DNA from: an uncultured Holophagaceae bacterium | GTDB lineage: Bacteria > Acidobacteriota > Holophagae > Holophagales > Holophagaceae | Direction: 5' to 3' | Assembly: GCA_903913215.1 (NCBI GenBank) | Contig: CAIWKE010000034.1 | Location: 13,483 to 77,482, forward strand | Length of the DNA: 64,000 nucleotides | In this document: positions 56,963 to 64,000 of the stretch, in pieces | Layout of the letters: each line of letters starts with the position of its first letter | Position numbering within the stretch: position 1 is the first letter of the stretch | Program-made: the position numbers and the translations under genes | The notes under the pieces: model-generated | What the model was told of the DNA's origin: nothing | The model's database searches: none | Seen by the model: only the letters and a program-made list of their open reading frames with translations

Positions 56963-58624
56963 CTAGTGTTCGTAGGTGCTGATGTCCCGATCCTTGGTTT
57001 CCTTCAAGAAGAGGGAACCGATCACCACGGTGATGAGGGCGATGATGACGGGATACCAGATGCCGTAGTAGATGTTGCCGTGGAAGGCCACCAAGGCCGT
57101 GGCGAAGAGGGGCAGCATGCCACCAAACCAGCCGTTGCCGATGTGATAGGGCAGGGACATGGAGGTGTACCGGATGTTGGTGGGGAAGAGCTCCACCAGG
57201 AATGCCGCGATGGGCCCGTAGACCATGGTCACGTAGATGAGGAACACGAACAGGATCAGGAGGGTCATTGGGTAGTTGACCTGGGTCCGGTCGGCTTCCT
57301 TTGGATAGCCGAGTTCGGTCAGGGCCTTCTTCAGGGTGGCTTCCGTGTCCTTGTTGAAGCCTTCCACACGGGTGGTGACGATCTGGCCCGTTTTGGGGTT
57401 CTTACCCTGGATGGTGGCGACCACCATCTTGCCGGCCTCGGGAGTGATCTTGGTGAAGTTGAGGCCCTGCTTGCCAAAGAAGTCATTCACGCGGTCCAGC
57501 TCCGTGAACTTGCTCCAGGGGCCCACGAAGAGGTTGAAGGTCTCGTCGGCGCGGTTGCCGGCCACGGTGATCTGGGTGTTGTATTGGAACTTCTCCAGGG
57601 CGGGGTTCACGTAGTGGGTGAGCGCCTTGAACATGGGGAAGAAGGTGCAGGCGGCGATGAGGCAGCCCGCCATGATGATCTTGAGGCGGCCGATCTTGTC
57701 CGAAAGCCAGCCGAAGAAGATGAAGAAGGGCGTGCCCAGCAGCAGCGAAGTGCCGATGAGGATGTAGGTGACGGTGAAGTCCAGCTTCAGCGTGATCTGG
57801 AGGAAGAACAGCGCGTAGAACTGGCCGGTATACCAGACCACGCCCTGGCCCATGGTGGCGCCCAGCAGGGCCAAGAGGGCGTACTTGTTGTTGGGGTATT
57901 TGAGGAAGCTGTCCGTGAGGGGGGCCTTGGAGCCCTTACCCTCGGCCTTCATCTTGGTGAAGACTGGGGACTCGTGCAGCTTCAGGCGGATCCAGACGGA
58001 GACACCCAGCAGGGCGATGGACATCCAGAAGGGGATGCGCCAGCCCCAGGTAGCGAAGGCCTCCTTGGTCATGGTGGTGCGGCAGGCGAAGATGATGCCC
58101 AAGCAGAGGAAGAAGCCCACGGTGGCCGTAGTCTGGATCCAGCTGGTGTTGTAGCCGCGGCGATTGGGAGCAGAGTGCTCAGCCACGTAGGTGGCCGCGC
58201 CGCCGTACTCACCGCCCAGGGCCAAGCCCTGGAGCAGGCGCAGACTGACCATGATGATGGGAGCCCACCAGCCGATGGTGGCGTAGGTGGGCAGGAGGCC
58301 CACACCAAAGGTGGACATGCCCATGACCATGATGGTGACCAGGAATGTGTACTTGCGGCCGATGATGTCGCCGATACGGCCGAAGACCAGGGCCCCGAAG
58401 GGACGGACCAGGAAGCCCGCCGCGTAGGCCGCGAAGGCCGACAACAGGGCGGCCGTGTCGTTGCCCTTGGGGAAGAACAGCGTGGCGAAGAAGGGGGCCA
58501 AGGTCGCGTAGAGGTAGAAGTCGTACCACTCGAAGACCGTGCCGACCGAGGATGCGACGATCACCATCCGTTCTTCGCCGGTGAGCGGCGTCTTGGCTGC
58601 GACTTGCTCGGTTACTAGGGCCAT
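56963..58624 (-). CDS. MFS transporter, metabolite:H+ symporter (MHS) type, with ~110-aa soluble insertion
   Basis: FEWYDFYLY and GRIGDIIGRK MHS motifs. A hydrophilic insertion (NPALEKFQYNTQITVAG...KEADRTQ) precedes the last TM pair. ATG at 58624. Confidence 0.8.
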   Translation of the reverse strand: MALVTEQVAAKTPLTGEERMVIVASSVGTVFEWYDFYLYATLAPFFATLFFPKGNDTAALLSAFAAYAAGFLVRPFGALVFGRIGDIIGRKYTFLVTIMVMGMSTFGVGLLPTYATIGWWAPIIMVSLRLLQGLALGGEYGGAATYVAEHSAPNRRGYNTSWIQTTATVGFFLCLGIIFACRTTMTKEAFATWGWRIPFWMSIALLGVSVWIRLKLHESPVFTKMKAEGKGSKAPLTDSFLKYPNNKYALLALLGATMGQGVVWYTGQFYALFFLQITLKLDFTVTYILIGTSLLLGTPFFIFFGWLSDKIGRLKIIMAGCLIAACTFFPMFKALTHYVNPALEKFQYNTQITVAGNRADETFNLFVGPWSKFTELDRVNDFFGKQGLNFTKITPEAGKMVVATIQGKNPKTGQIVTTRVEGFNKDTEATLKKALTELGYPKEADRTQVNYPMTLLILFVFLIYVTMVYGPIAAFLVELFPTNIRYTSMSLPYHIGNGWFGGMLPLFATALVAFHGNIYYGIWYPVIIALITVVIGSLFLKETKDRDISTYEH

Positions 58625-59112
58625 GGCTGTGTGCCTCCTGGGGGAAAGGGGTAGCGAAAAATCTGGATGGCAGGGGGAGGCCTGCCAACAGCGGAGAGCG
58701 ACAAGCACGCCCCTGCGAGGGACGACTCTGCCACTGATCGATATGAGAACCGGGATGGTCTGGCCATCAAGCGGGCTGTTTGGTTGGGTAGACTGACCCT
58801 TGATAACGCCATACCTAAGGTCAGGTCAAGTGCCAACGAGCGAAAATTTCAAATCCCTTTTCCGATTCAGGATCCCGGTCACAACTTGTGTAAGCAAACG
58901 ACCTTTTGATCAGCTTTAGACATTCTTCCCTACATTTCCAAGGTCTATGTTGCAACAAGGGACATTCCAAAGAAAATACCGGCACATCCACTTATTCCAA
59001 TTAGAGTATTTCCGGCTTGGGAAGGCCCAGGGTAACCCCAGCCTAGTTCCTGAGATTTCCTGAAGCGGCGAACCCCTATCATGGTGCTGCGACCCTCTCC
59101 TCAAGGACTCCC

Positions 59113-59853
59113 ATGCGCATTGCCCTGATGGCAGATTTCCACGCCAATCTGCGCGCGCTGGAAGCCTGCATTGACCACGCGAAGGCACAGAGGGCCGACC
59201 GTCTGGTCTTCCTGGGCGATTATGTGGGGTACGGGCCCGAACCCCAGGAAGTCATGGAGCGCATCATGCAAGAATCCGAGCGCGGCGCTATCGCCGTGGC
59301 GGGCAACCACGATCAGGCCGTGGCAGAGGCGCGGGAGTCCATGAACGCCGACGCGGAGACCGCCATGGCCTGGACCCGGGGCCAGCTGGGGCCCGAGGCC
59401 CGAGAGTTCCTCAGCAGCCTGCCTCTGCGCTTTGAGGACGACACCCGCCTCTACGTGCACGCCAGTCCCCAGACCTATCCCGCCTGGATCTATGTGAACG
59501 ATGGCCCCGCTGCCAAGCGTGCCTTAGAGGCCAGTCGTGCCCAGATCGTGTTCTGCGGCCACGTTCATCAGCCCGCCCTCCATGGCATCACGGCCACCGG
59601 GCAGCTGGTCTCCTTCCAGCCTGTCCCTGGTGTGCCAATCCCCCTCTCCCGCCAGCGACGCTGGCTCACGGTGCTGGGTTCCGTGGGCCAACCCCGGGAT
59701 GGCATCACCGCTGCCGCCTACGCCATGTTTGACGATCAAACCACGGCGCTCACGCATCACCGGGTTCCGTATGATGTGGAGGCTACGGTCGCTGCGATTC
59801 TGGACGCGGGACTGCCCCAGGAACTTGCCTCCCGGCTGCGGAAAGGACGCTGA
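59113..59853 (+). CDS. Metallophosphoesterase (calcineurin-like; probable Ser/Thr phosphatase)
   Basis: DFHAN, GDYVGYG, GNHD and GHVH motifs. Confidence 0.8.
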   Translation: MRIALMADFHANLRALEACIDHAKAQRADRLVFLGDYVGYGPEPQEVMERIMQESERGAIAVAGNHDQAVAEARESMNADAETAMAWTRGQLGPEAREFLSSLPLRFEDDTRLYVHASPQTYPAWIYVNDGPAAKRALEASRAQIVFCGHVHQPALHGITATGQLVSFQPVPGVPIPLSRQRRWLTVLGSVGQPRDGITAAAYAMFDDQTTALTHHRVPYDVEATVAAILDAGLPQELASRLRKGR

Positions 59854-59855
59854 CC

Positions 59856-61316
59856 ATGCCCCGCCTGCGCGTCACCACAGGTACCAGCATCGATGGCTTC
59901 ACGTTGAACAATTGCCTCCACATGGGGGTCATGGCCTCCATCTGGGACGTCAGCCTGCCTGCCATCCCCAGCCCTCTGCTCATGAAGCTTCCCCGCCTAG
60001 GTGAGGGCATTGATCCGGCAGCCATCGTGGGTTTTGAGATGGAGCAGATGATCCTCCCGAGGCTCTCGGGCCCCCATGTGCCCCACTACATCGCCCAGGG
60101 CATGTTCGAGGACCAGCCCTACCTGGTCATGGAACGCATTCCGGGCACCTCGCTCCTGCCCATGCTGGAGCGGTTGCCGCTGGAGCCCCATGAGGTCGCG
60201 GCTCTGGGTTGCCGCATCGCCAAGGCTCTGGATGACTTGCACCGGCAACACTTGGTGCACTTGGACCTGAAGCCCTCCAACCTGCTCTTCCGACCGACCG
60301 GCGAGGTGGTGTTCATCGACTTCGGCCTATCCCACCACGATGAGTTGCCTGACCTCATGGGCGAGGAGTTCCGCCTTCCCTACGGCACGGCCCCCTACAT
60401 GGCCCCGGAGCAGGTCATGGGGCAGCGCAAGGATCCCCGCAGCGACCAGTTCGCCCTGGGCGTGCTGATGTATTTCTTCCTCACAGGCGTTCGCCCCTTC
60501 GGGGACCCCCAGCGGCTGTCCGGTCTGAAGCGGCGCCTTTGGCGAGATCCCGTGCCTCCGCGCCGCCTGCGCCCCGACTGCCCTCCCTGGTTGCAAGAGA
60601 TCATCCTCCGTTGCCTCGAAGTGCATCCGGCCTGGCGCTTCCCCACCGCGGCGCAACTGGCTCACGCCCTTCAGCACCCCGAGCAGGTGCGCCTCACGTC
60701 CCGCTCCGAGCGGCTCAAGCAGGATCCCTTCCTCACCGTATTGCGCCGACGCTTCGCGGACCACTCCTACCTCAGCAAGCCCAAGCTTGGCGCCACCGCC
60801 CGCCAGGATGGCGACGCCCCATTCCTGGCCGTGGCCATTGACCTCTCTCCTGAGGCCGCTCCCGTCGCCGATGAGATCCGCACAATGGTCACGCGCATGC
60901 TCGCGACGCTGCCTGGGGCTCGTGTGGCCTGTCTCAATGTACTCAAGCAGGGGCGGATCAAGCTTGACGATGTGCTGGATGAGCATGGGCGGAACATCCA
61001 CCTGCAGCGGCTGATCCAGCTCAGGCACTGGGCCGAGGCGCTGCAACTGGAGGAAGGCCGCATCAGCTTCCACGTGCTGGAAACCCCCGACACGGCGGAC
61101 GCCATCCTCACCTATGTCAATGCCAACAAGGTGGATCACGTCATCATGGGGGCCCGGGCCAGCTCGCTGCGGCGCACCCTCCTAGGAAGCGTCTCTAGCC
61201 AGGTGACCTCCCACGCCGGCTGCTCGGTCACGGTGGTCCGCACGCGGCAACTCCGTAGTTCAGACACGCCGATGGAGCCTGAGGAGGAACACAGCGGCTC
61301 CTGGACCGTGGGGTGA
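59856..61316 (+). CDS. Ser/Thr protein kinase fused to a C-terminal universal stress protein (Usp) domain
   Basis: HLDLKPSNLLF, DFGLSH and APYMAPEQ. Usp ATP motif GARASSLRRTLLGSVS. Confidence 0.8.
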   Translation: MPRLRVTTGTSIDGFTLNNCLHMGVMASIWDVSLPAIPSPLLMKLPRLGEGIDPAAIVGFEMEQMILPRLSGPHVPHYIAQGMFEDQPYLVMERIPGTSLLPMLERLPLEPHEVAALGCRIAKALDDLHRQHLVHLDLKPSNLLFRPTGEVVFIDFGLSHHDELPDLMGEEFRLPYGTAPYMAPEQVMGQRKDPRSDQFALGVLMYFFLTGVRPFGDPQRLSGLKRRLWRDPVPPRRLRPDCPPWLQEIILRCLEVHPAWRFPTAAQLAHALQHPEQVRLTSRSERLKQDPFLTVLRRRFADHSYLSKPKLGATARQDGDAPFLAVAIDLSPEAAPVADEIRTMVTRMLATLPGARVACLNVLKQGRIKLDDVLDEHGRNIHLQRLIQLRHWAEALQLEEGRISFHVLETPDTADAILTYVNANKVDHVIMGARASSLRRTLLGSVSSQVTSHAGCSVTVVRTRQLRSSDTPMEPEEEHSGSWTVG

Positions 61317-61328
61317 GGATGCCTAACG

Positions 61329-61358
61329 CAGAACGCCCCGGCGAGCCGGGGCGTTCTG
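61329..61358. terminator. Bidirectional terminator hairpin between the kinase gene and rplQ
   Basis: CAGAACGCCCCGG-CGAG-CCGGGGCGTTCTG. Confidence 0.55.
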
Positions 61359-61374
61359 ATGGTTGCGGTAGCTG

Positions 61375-61767
61375 CTACTCGGCTTCTTCGACCTTCGGCT
61401 CGGGGAGGGTGTAGTCCACGAACTCGATGAGGGCCATGTCAGCCGCGTCGCCGAGGCGATGGCCAACCTTGAGGATGCGGGTGTAGCCGCCGGGACGGTT
61501 TTCGAAACGGGCGCGGAACTCGGTGCCGAAGAGCTTCTGGACGGCATCCTTGCTCCCGAGGCGGGACATCGCCAGACGGCGGTTGGCCACGCTATCGGTC
61601 TTCGCGAGGGTGATGAAGGGCTCCACATACATGCGGAGTTCCTTCGCCTTCACGAGGGTGGTTTCGATGCGCTCGCTCTCGATGAGTGCGGTCGCGAGGT
61701 TCTTCATGAGGGCCTTGCGCTGGTTGGTGGTGCGGCCCAGGCGCTTGCCGGAAACGTTGTGACGCAT
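61375..61767 (-). CDS. rplQ: 50S ribosomal protein L17
   Basis: [25 protein letters not shown] is the canonical L17 sequence. Confidence 0.95.
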   Translation of the reverse strand: MRHNVSGKRLGRTTNQRKALMKNLATALIESERIETTLVKAKELRMYVEPFITLAKTDSVANRRLAMSRLGSKDAVQKLFGTEFRARFENRPGGYTRILKVGHRLGDAADMALIEFVDYTLPEPKVEEAE

Positions 61768-61776
61768 GGGGGCTCC

Positions 61777-62748
61777 TTACACTTCCTGCTCGAGTCGCAT
61801 TCCGAGGGAGAGGCCGATACGAGCGAGCTCGTCCTTGATCTCCTGGAGCGACTTCTTGCCGAAGTTCTTGGTTTTCATCAGCTCAGCCTCGGTCCGCTGG
61901 ACCAGCTCGCCGATGGTGGTGATGTTCGCGTTACGGAGGCAGTTGTTGGCCCGCACGGACAGCTCGAGTTCCTCAACGGACTTGCCGAGCCAGGTGTTGG
62001 CAGCTTCGACGCCCAGCGTAGCGGCGCCCATTTCCATTTCCGTGAAGTCCTCGTCCTGACGGGCGAACACGAGGAAGTGGTCGCGCAGGATGAGGGCCGC
62101 GTCGGAAACGGCTTCCTTGGGGTTGACGGCGCCGTTGGTCCACACCTGAAGCGTGAGCTTCTCGTAATCGGTGCTCTGGCCCACGCGGGCGGGTTCGACG
62201 ATGTAGTTCACACGAACGATGGGGCTGTGGTTGGCATCCATTGGAATGAAGCCGAGGCCGAGGCTCTCATCGTGGTTCCGGTCGGCGGTGATGAAACCGC
62301 GGCCCAGACGGACCACCATTTCGATCTCCAGCTCGCCCTCTTCGCCCAGGGTCGCGATGTGGATGTTGGGATCCACGACTTCGACGTTCTGGTTGCAGCG
62401 GATGGCGGCGGAGGTCACCGCTCCCTCACCCTTGGCGGTGATGGTCACCGTCTGGGGCTCGCTGCTGTGCAGCTTGAAGGGAACTTCCTTGAGGTTCAGG
62501 AGGACGTGCGTGATGTCCTCCCAGACGCCGGGAAGGGTGGTGAATTCGTGCATGACGCCCTTGATGCGGACGTTGGTGACAGCGGCACCCTGGATGCTGC
62601 TGAGCAGCACCCGGCGGACACTGTGCCCGACGGTCGTGGCGAAGCCACGCTCGAAGGGATAGGCCACGAACTCCCCGTAGGTGTCCGAAAGGGACCCGGG
62701 GGTCACTTCCGCAAAGCGCGGCCTCTGGAAATCGCTGAGATTCAACAT
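61777..62748 (-). CDS. rpoA: DNA-directed RNA polymerase subunit alpha
   Basis: [19 protein letters not shown]-terminal domain [17 protein letters not shown]. Confidence 0.95.
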   Translation of the reverse strand: MLNLSDFQRPRFAEVTPGSLSDTYGEFVAYPFERGFATTVGHSVRRVLLSSIQGAAVTNVRIKGVMHEFTTLPGVWEDITHVLLNLKEVPFKLHSSEPQTVTITAKGEGAVTSAAIRCNQNVEVVDPNIHIATLGEEGELEIEMVVRLGRGFITADRNHDESLGLGFIPMDANHSPIVRVNYIVEPARVGQSTDYEKLTLQVWTNGAVNPKEAVSDAALILRDHFLVFARQDEDFTEMEMGAATLGVEAANTWLGKSVEELELSVRANNCLRNANITTIGELVQRTEAELMKTKNFGKKSLQEIKDELARIGLSLGMRLEQEV

Positions 62749-62757
62749 CCTGCCCCC

Positions 62758-63390
62758 TTACTTGGAATACAGTTCAACGATCAGCTGCTCGTTGATGTCC
62801 AGCGTGATGTCCTCGCGGGTCGGGGTGGCGAGCACCGAGCCCTTGAAGGCGGCGGCATCGAGGGTGAGCCACTTGGGAATGCCACGGCCAGCGGAGGTCT
62901 CAACGGAGGTCTTGACACCGTCGTTCTCGCGGGCGCGGGTGCCCAGTTCCACAGCCTGGCCAGGCTTGACCTGGTAGGAGGGGATATCCACACGGTTCCC
63001 GTTGACACGCACGTGACCGTGCATGACCATCTGGCGCGCGGAAGACCGGCTGGGCGCGAAGCCCAAGCGGTAGATCACGTTGTCCAGGCGGCACTCGAGG
63101 AAACCGAGCAGGTTGTGGCCGGTGACGCCCTTCTTGGCGTCAGCCTTCTCGAAGTAGTGGCGGAACTGCTTCTCGAGCACACCGTAAATACGCTTGACCT
63201 TCTGCTTCTCACGAAGCTGCAGGGCATAGCCAGTGGGCTTCTTGATCTTCCCCGCGCCGTGCTGGCCGGGGATCTTGCCCTTGCGGGTCTCGAACGAACA
63301 CTTCTCCTTGAAGCAGCGCTCGCCCTTCAGGTAAAGCTTCATGCCCTCGCGGCGGCAGAGGCGGCAAACGGCGTCTGTGTAACGTGCCAT
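62758..63390 (-). CDS. rpsD: 30S ribosomal protein S4
   Basis: MARYTDAVCRLCRREGMKLYLKGERC is the canonical S4 sequence. Confidence 0.95.
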   Translation of the reverse strand: MARYTDAVCRLCRREGMKLYLKGERCFKEKCSFETRKGKIPGQHGAGKIKKPTGYALQLREKQKVKRIYGVLEKQFRHYFEKADAKKGVTGHNLLGFLECRLDNVIYRLGFAPSRSSARQMVMHGHVRVNGNRVDIPSYQVKPGQAVELGTRARENDGVKTSVETSAGRGIPKWLTLDAAAFKGSVLATPTREDITLDINEQLIVELYSK

Positions 63391-63405
63391 GTCTCTCCTC
63401 CTCTC

Positions 63406-63813
63406 TTAAACCCGGCGCCGCTTGGGCGGCCGGCAGCCGTTGTGGGGGATGGGGGTGACGTCGCGGATGCTGGTCACCTGGATGCCGGCGGCATTGAGGG
63501 CGCGGATGGCGCTCTCACGACCGGCGCCAGGGCCCTTGACGCGAACGTCGACCGAACGGACACCCTGCTCCTTGGCGGCTTCGGCAGCGATGCCGGCGGC
63601 CACCTGGGCGGCGAAGGGAGTGCCCTTGCGGGTCCCGCGGAAGTTCTGGTTGCCGCTGGAAGCCCAGCAGAGCATGTTCCCCATAGGATCGGAGATGCTG
63701 ATAATGGTGTTGTTGAAGGACGCCTGGACGTGAGCCACGCCATGGGGAACGTTCTTCTTTTCTTTCTTCTTGACCACCTTCTTACCGGCGGTCCGGGTCT
63801 GAGTCTTGGCCAT
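63406..63813 (-). CDS. rpsK: 30S ribosomal protein S11
   Basis: [18 protein letters not shown] and [18 protein letters not shown]. Confidence 0.95.
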   Translation of the reverse strand: MAKTQTRTAGKKVVKKKEKKNVPHGVAHVQASFNNTIISISDPMGNMLCWASSGNQNFRGTRKGTPFAAQVAAGIAAEAAKEQGVRSVDVRVKGPGAGRESAIRALNAAGIQVTSIRDVTPIPHNGCRPPKRRRV

Positions 63814-63825
63814 GTGCTCCTCGCC

Positions 63826-64000
63826 TTACTTCTTCTTGCCGGCTACGGTGCGCCGCTTGCCCTTGCGGGTGCGGGCGTTGGTGTGCGTGCGCTGGCCACG
63901 GACGGGAAGACCCTTCCGATGACGCAGGCCGCGGTAGCAGCCGATGTCCATGAGCCGCTTGATGTCGAGGGAGATGTTCTTGCGGAGGTCGCCCTCCACC
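63826..64000 (-). CDS. rpsM: 30S ribosomal protein S13, C-terminal part (5' end outside window)
   Basis: My translation of the minus strand gives ...[39 protein letters not shown], with the stop at 63826-63828. Confidence 0.9.
   Translation of the reverse strand, partial: VEGDLRKNISLDIKRLMDIGCYRGLRHRKGLPVRGQRTHTNARTRKGKRRTVAGKKK

Noticed and set aside
58815-58840. Possible sigma54 promoter on the minus strand (TGGCAC TTGAC CTGAC) upstream of the MFS-acs genes
   Set aside because: The -24 GG element is present. The -12 GC element is absent at the required spacing: TG/GA stands where TTGC is expected.

Overview
GC-rich bacterial chromosomal window. Gene content looks like a Gram-negative of the Acidobacteriota/Holophagae or Deltaproteobacteria type, but the taxon cannot be proven from this sequence. 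I support about 60 protein-coding genes. I recognised no rRNA, tRNA, CRISPR array, transposase or integrase by eye. Core blocks: (i) rplU-rpmA-obg-nadD-rsfS, 6.5-9.4 kb; (ii) an almost complete arginine-biosynthesis cluster with divergent argR, 18.3-28.1 kb; (iii) acs plus an MFS transporter, 54.7-58.6 kb; (iv) the end of the ribosomal/rpoA operon (rpsM-rpsK-rpsD-rpoA-rplQ), 61.4-64.0 kb. The rest is housekeeping: UbiD-family decarboxylase, LytS/LytTR two-component pair, TonB-dependent receptor, GdhA, SulP, Lpd, desaturase, DAACS symporter, MoaC, PNP, and two Ser/Thr kinases. Most interesting observations: (1) The arg cluster uses an N-acyl-ornithine transcarbamylase with Ala at the acetyl/succinyl specificity position. 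It has no ArgA/ArgJ/GNAT. Instead, an uncharacterised 350-aa protein with a dethiobiotin-synthetase/DUF1611-type P-loop sits between argG and argC, making it a candidate for the missing glutamate N-acylation step. (2) Three unusual intercistronic hairpins lie in the arg cluster; each arm is a triple tandem repeat. An 11-mer in two of them recurs in the arg promoter. (3) An apparently accessory cell-surface locus at 29.5-36 kb. It holds an operon of a small OM beta-barrel, an Ig-like (Big_2) lipoprotein and a ~1160-aa fibre protein. The fibre joins a collagen GXY tract, phage-tail-fibre repeats, YadA-head-like repeats and a C-terminal C1q/TNF-like domain, all from trimeric fibre families, with no recognisable secretion or anchor module. 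Next to it is a Gly-rich GXY protein bracketed by a ~420-bp duplication of the 3' end of a dipeptidase gene. Many long ORFs in the six-frame track are antisense artefacts of high GC content and are rejected.
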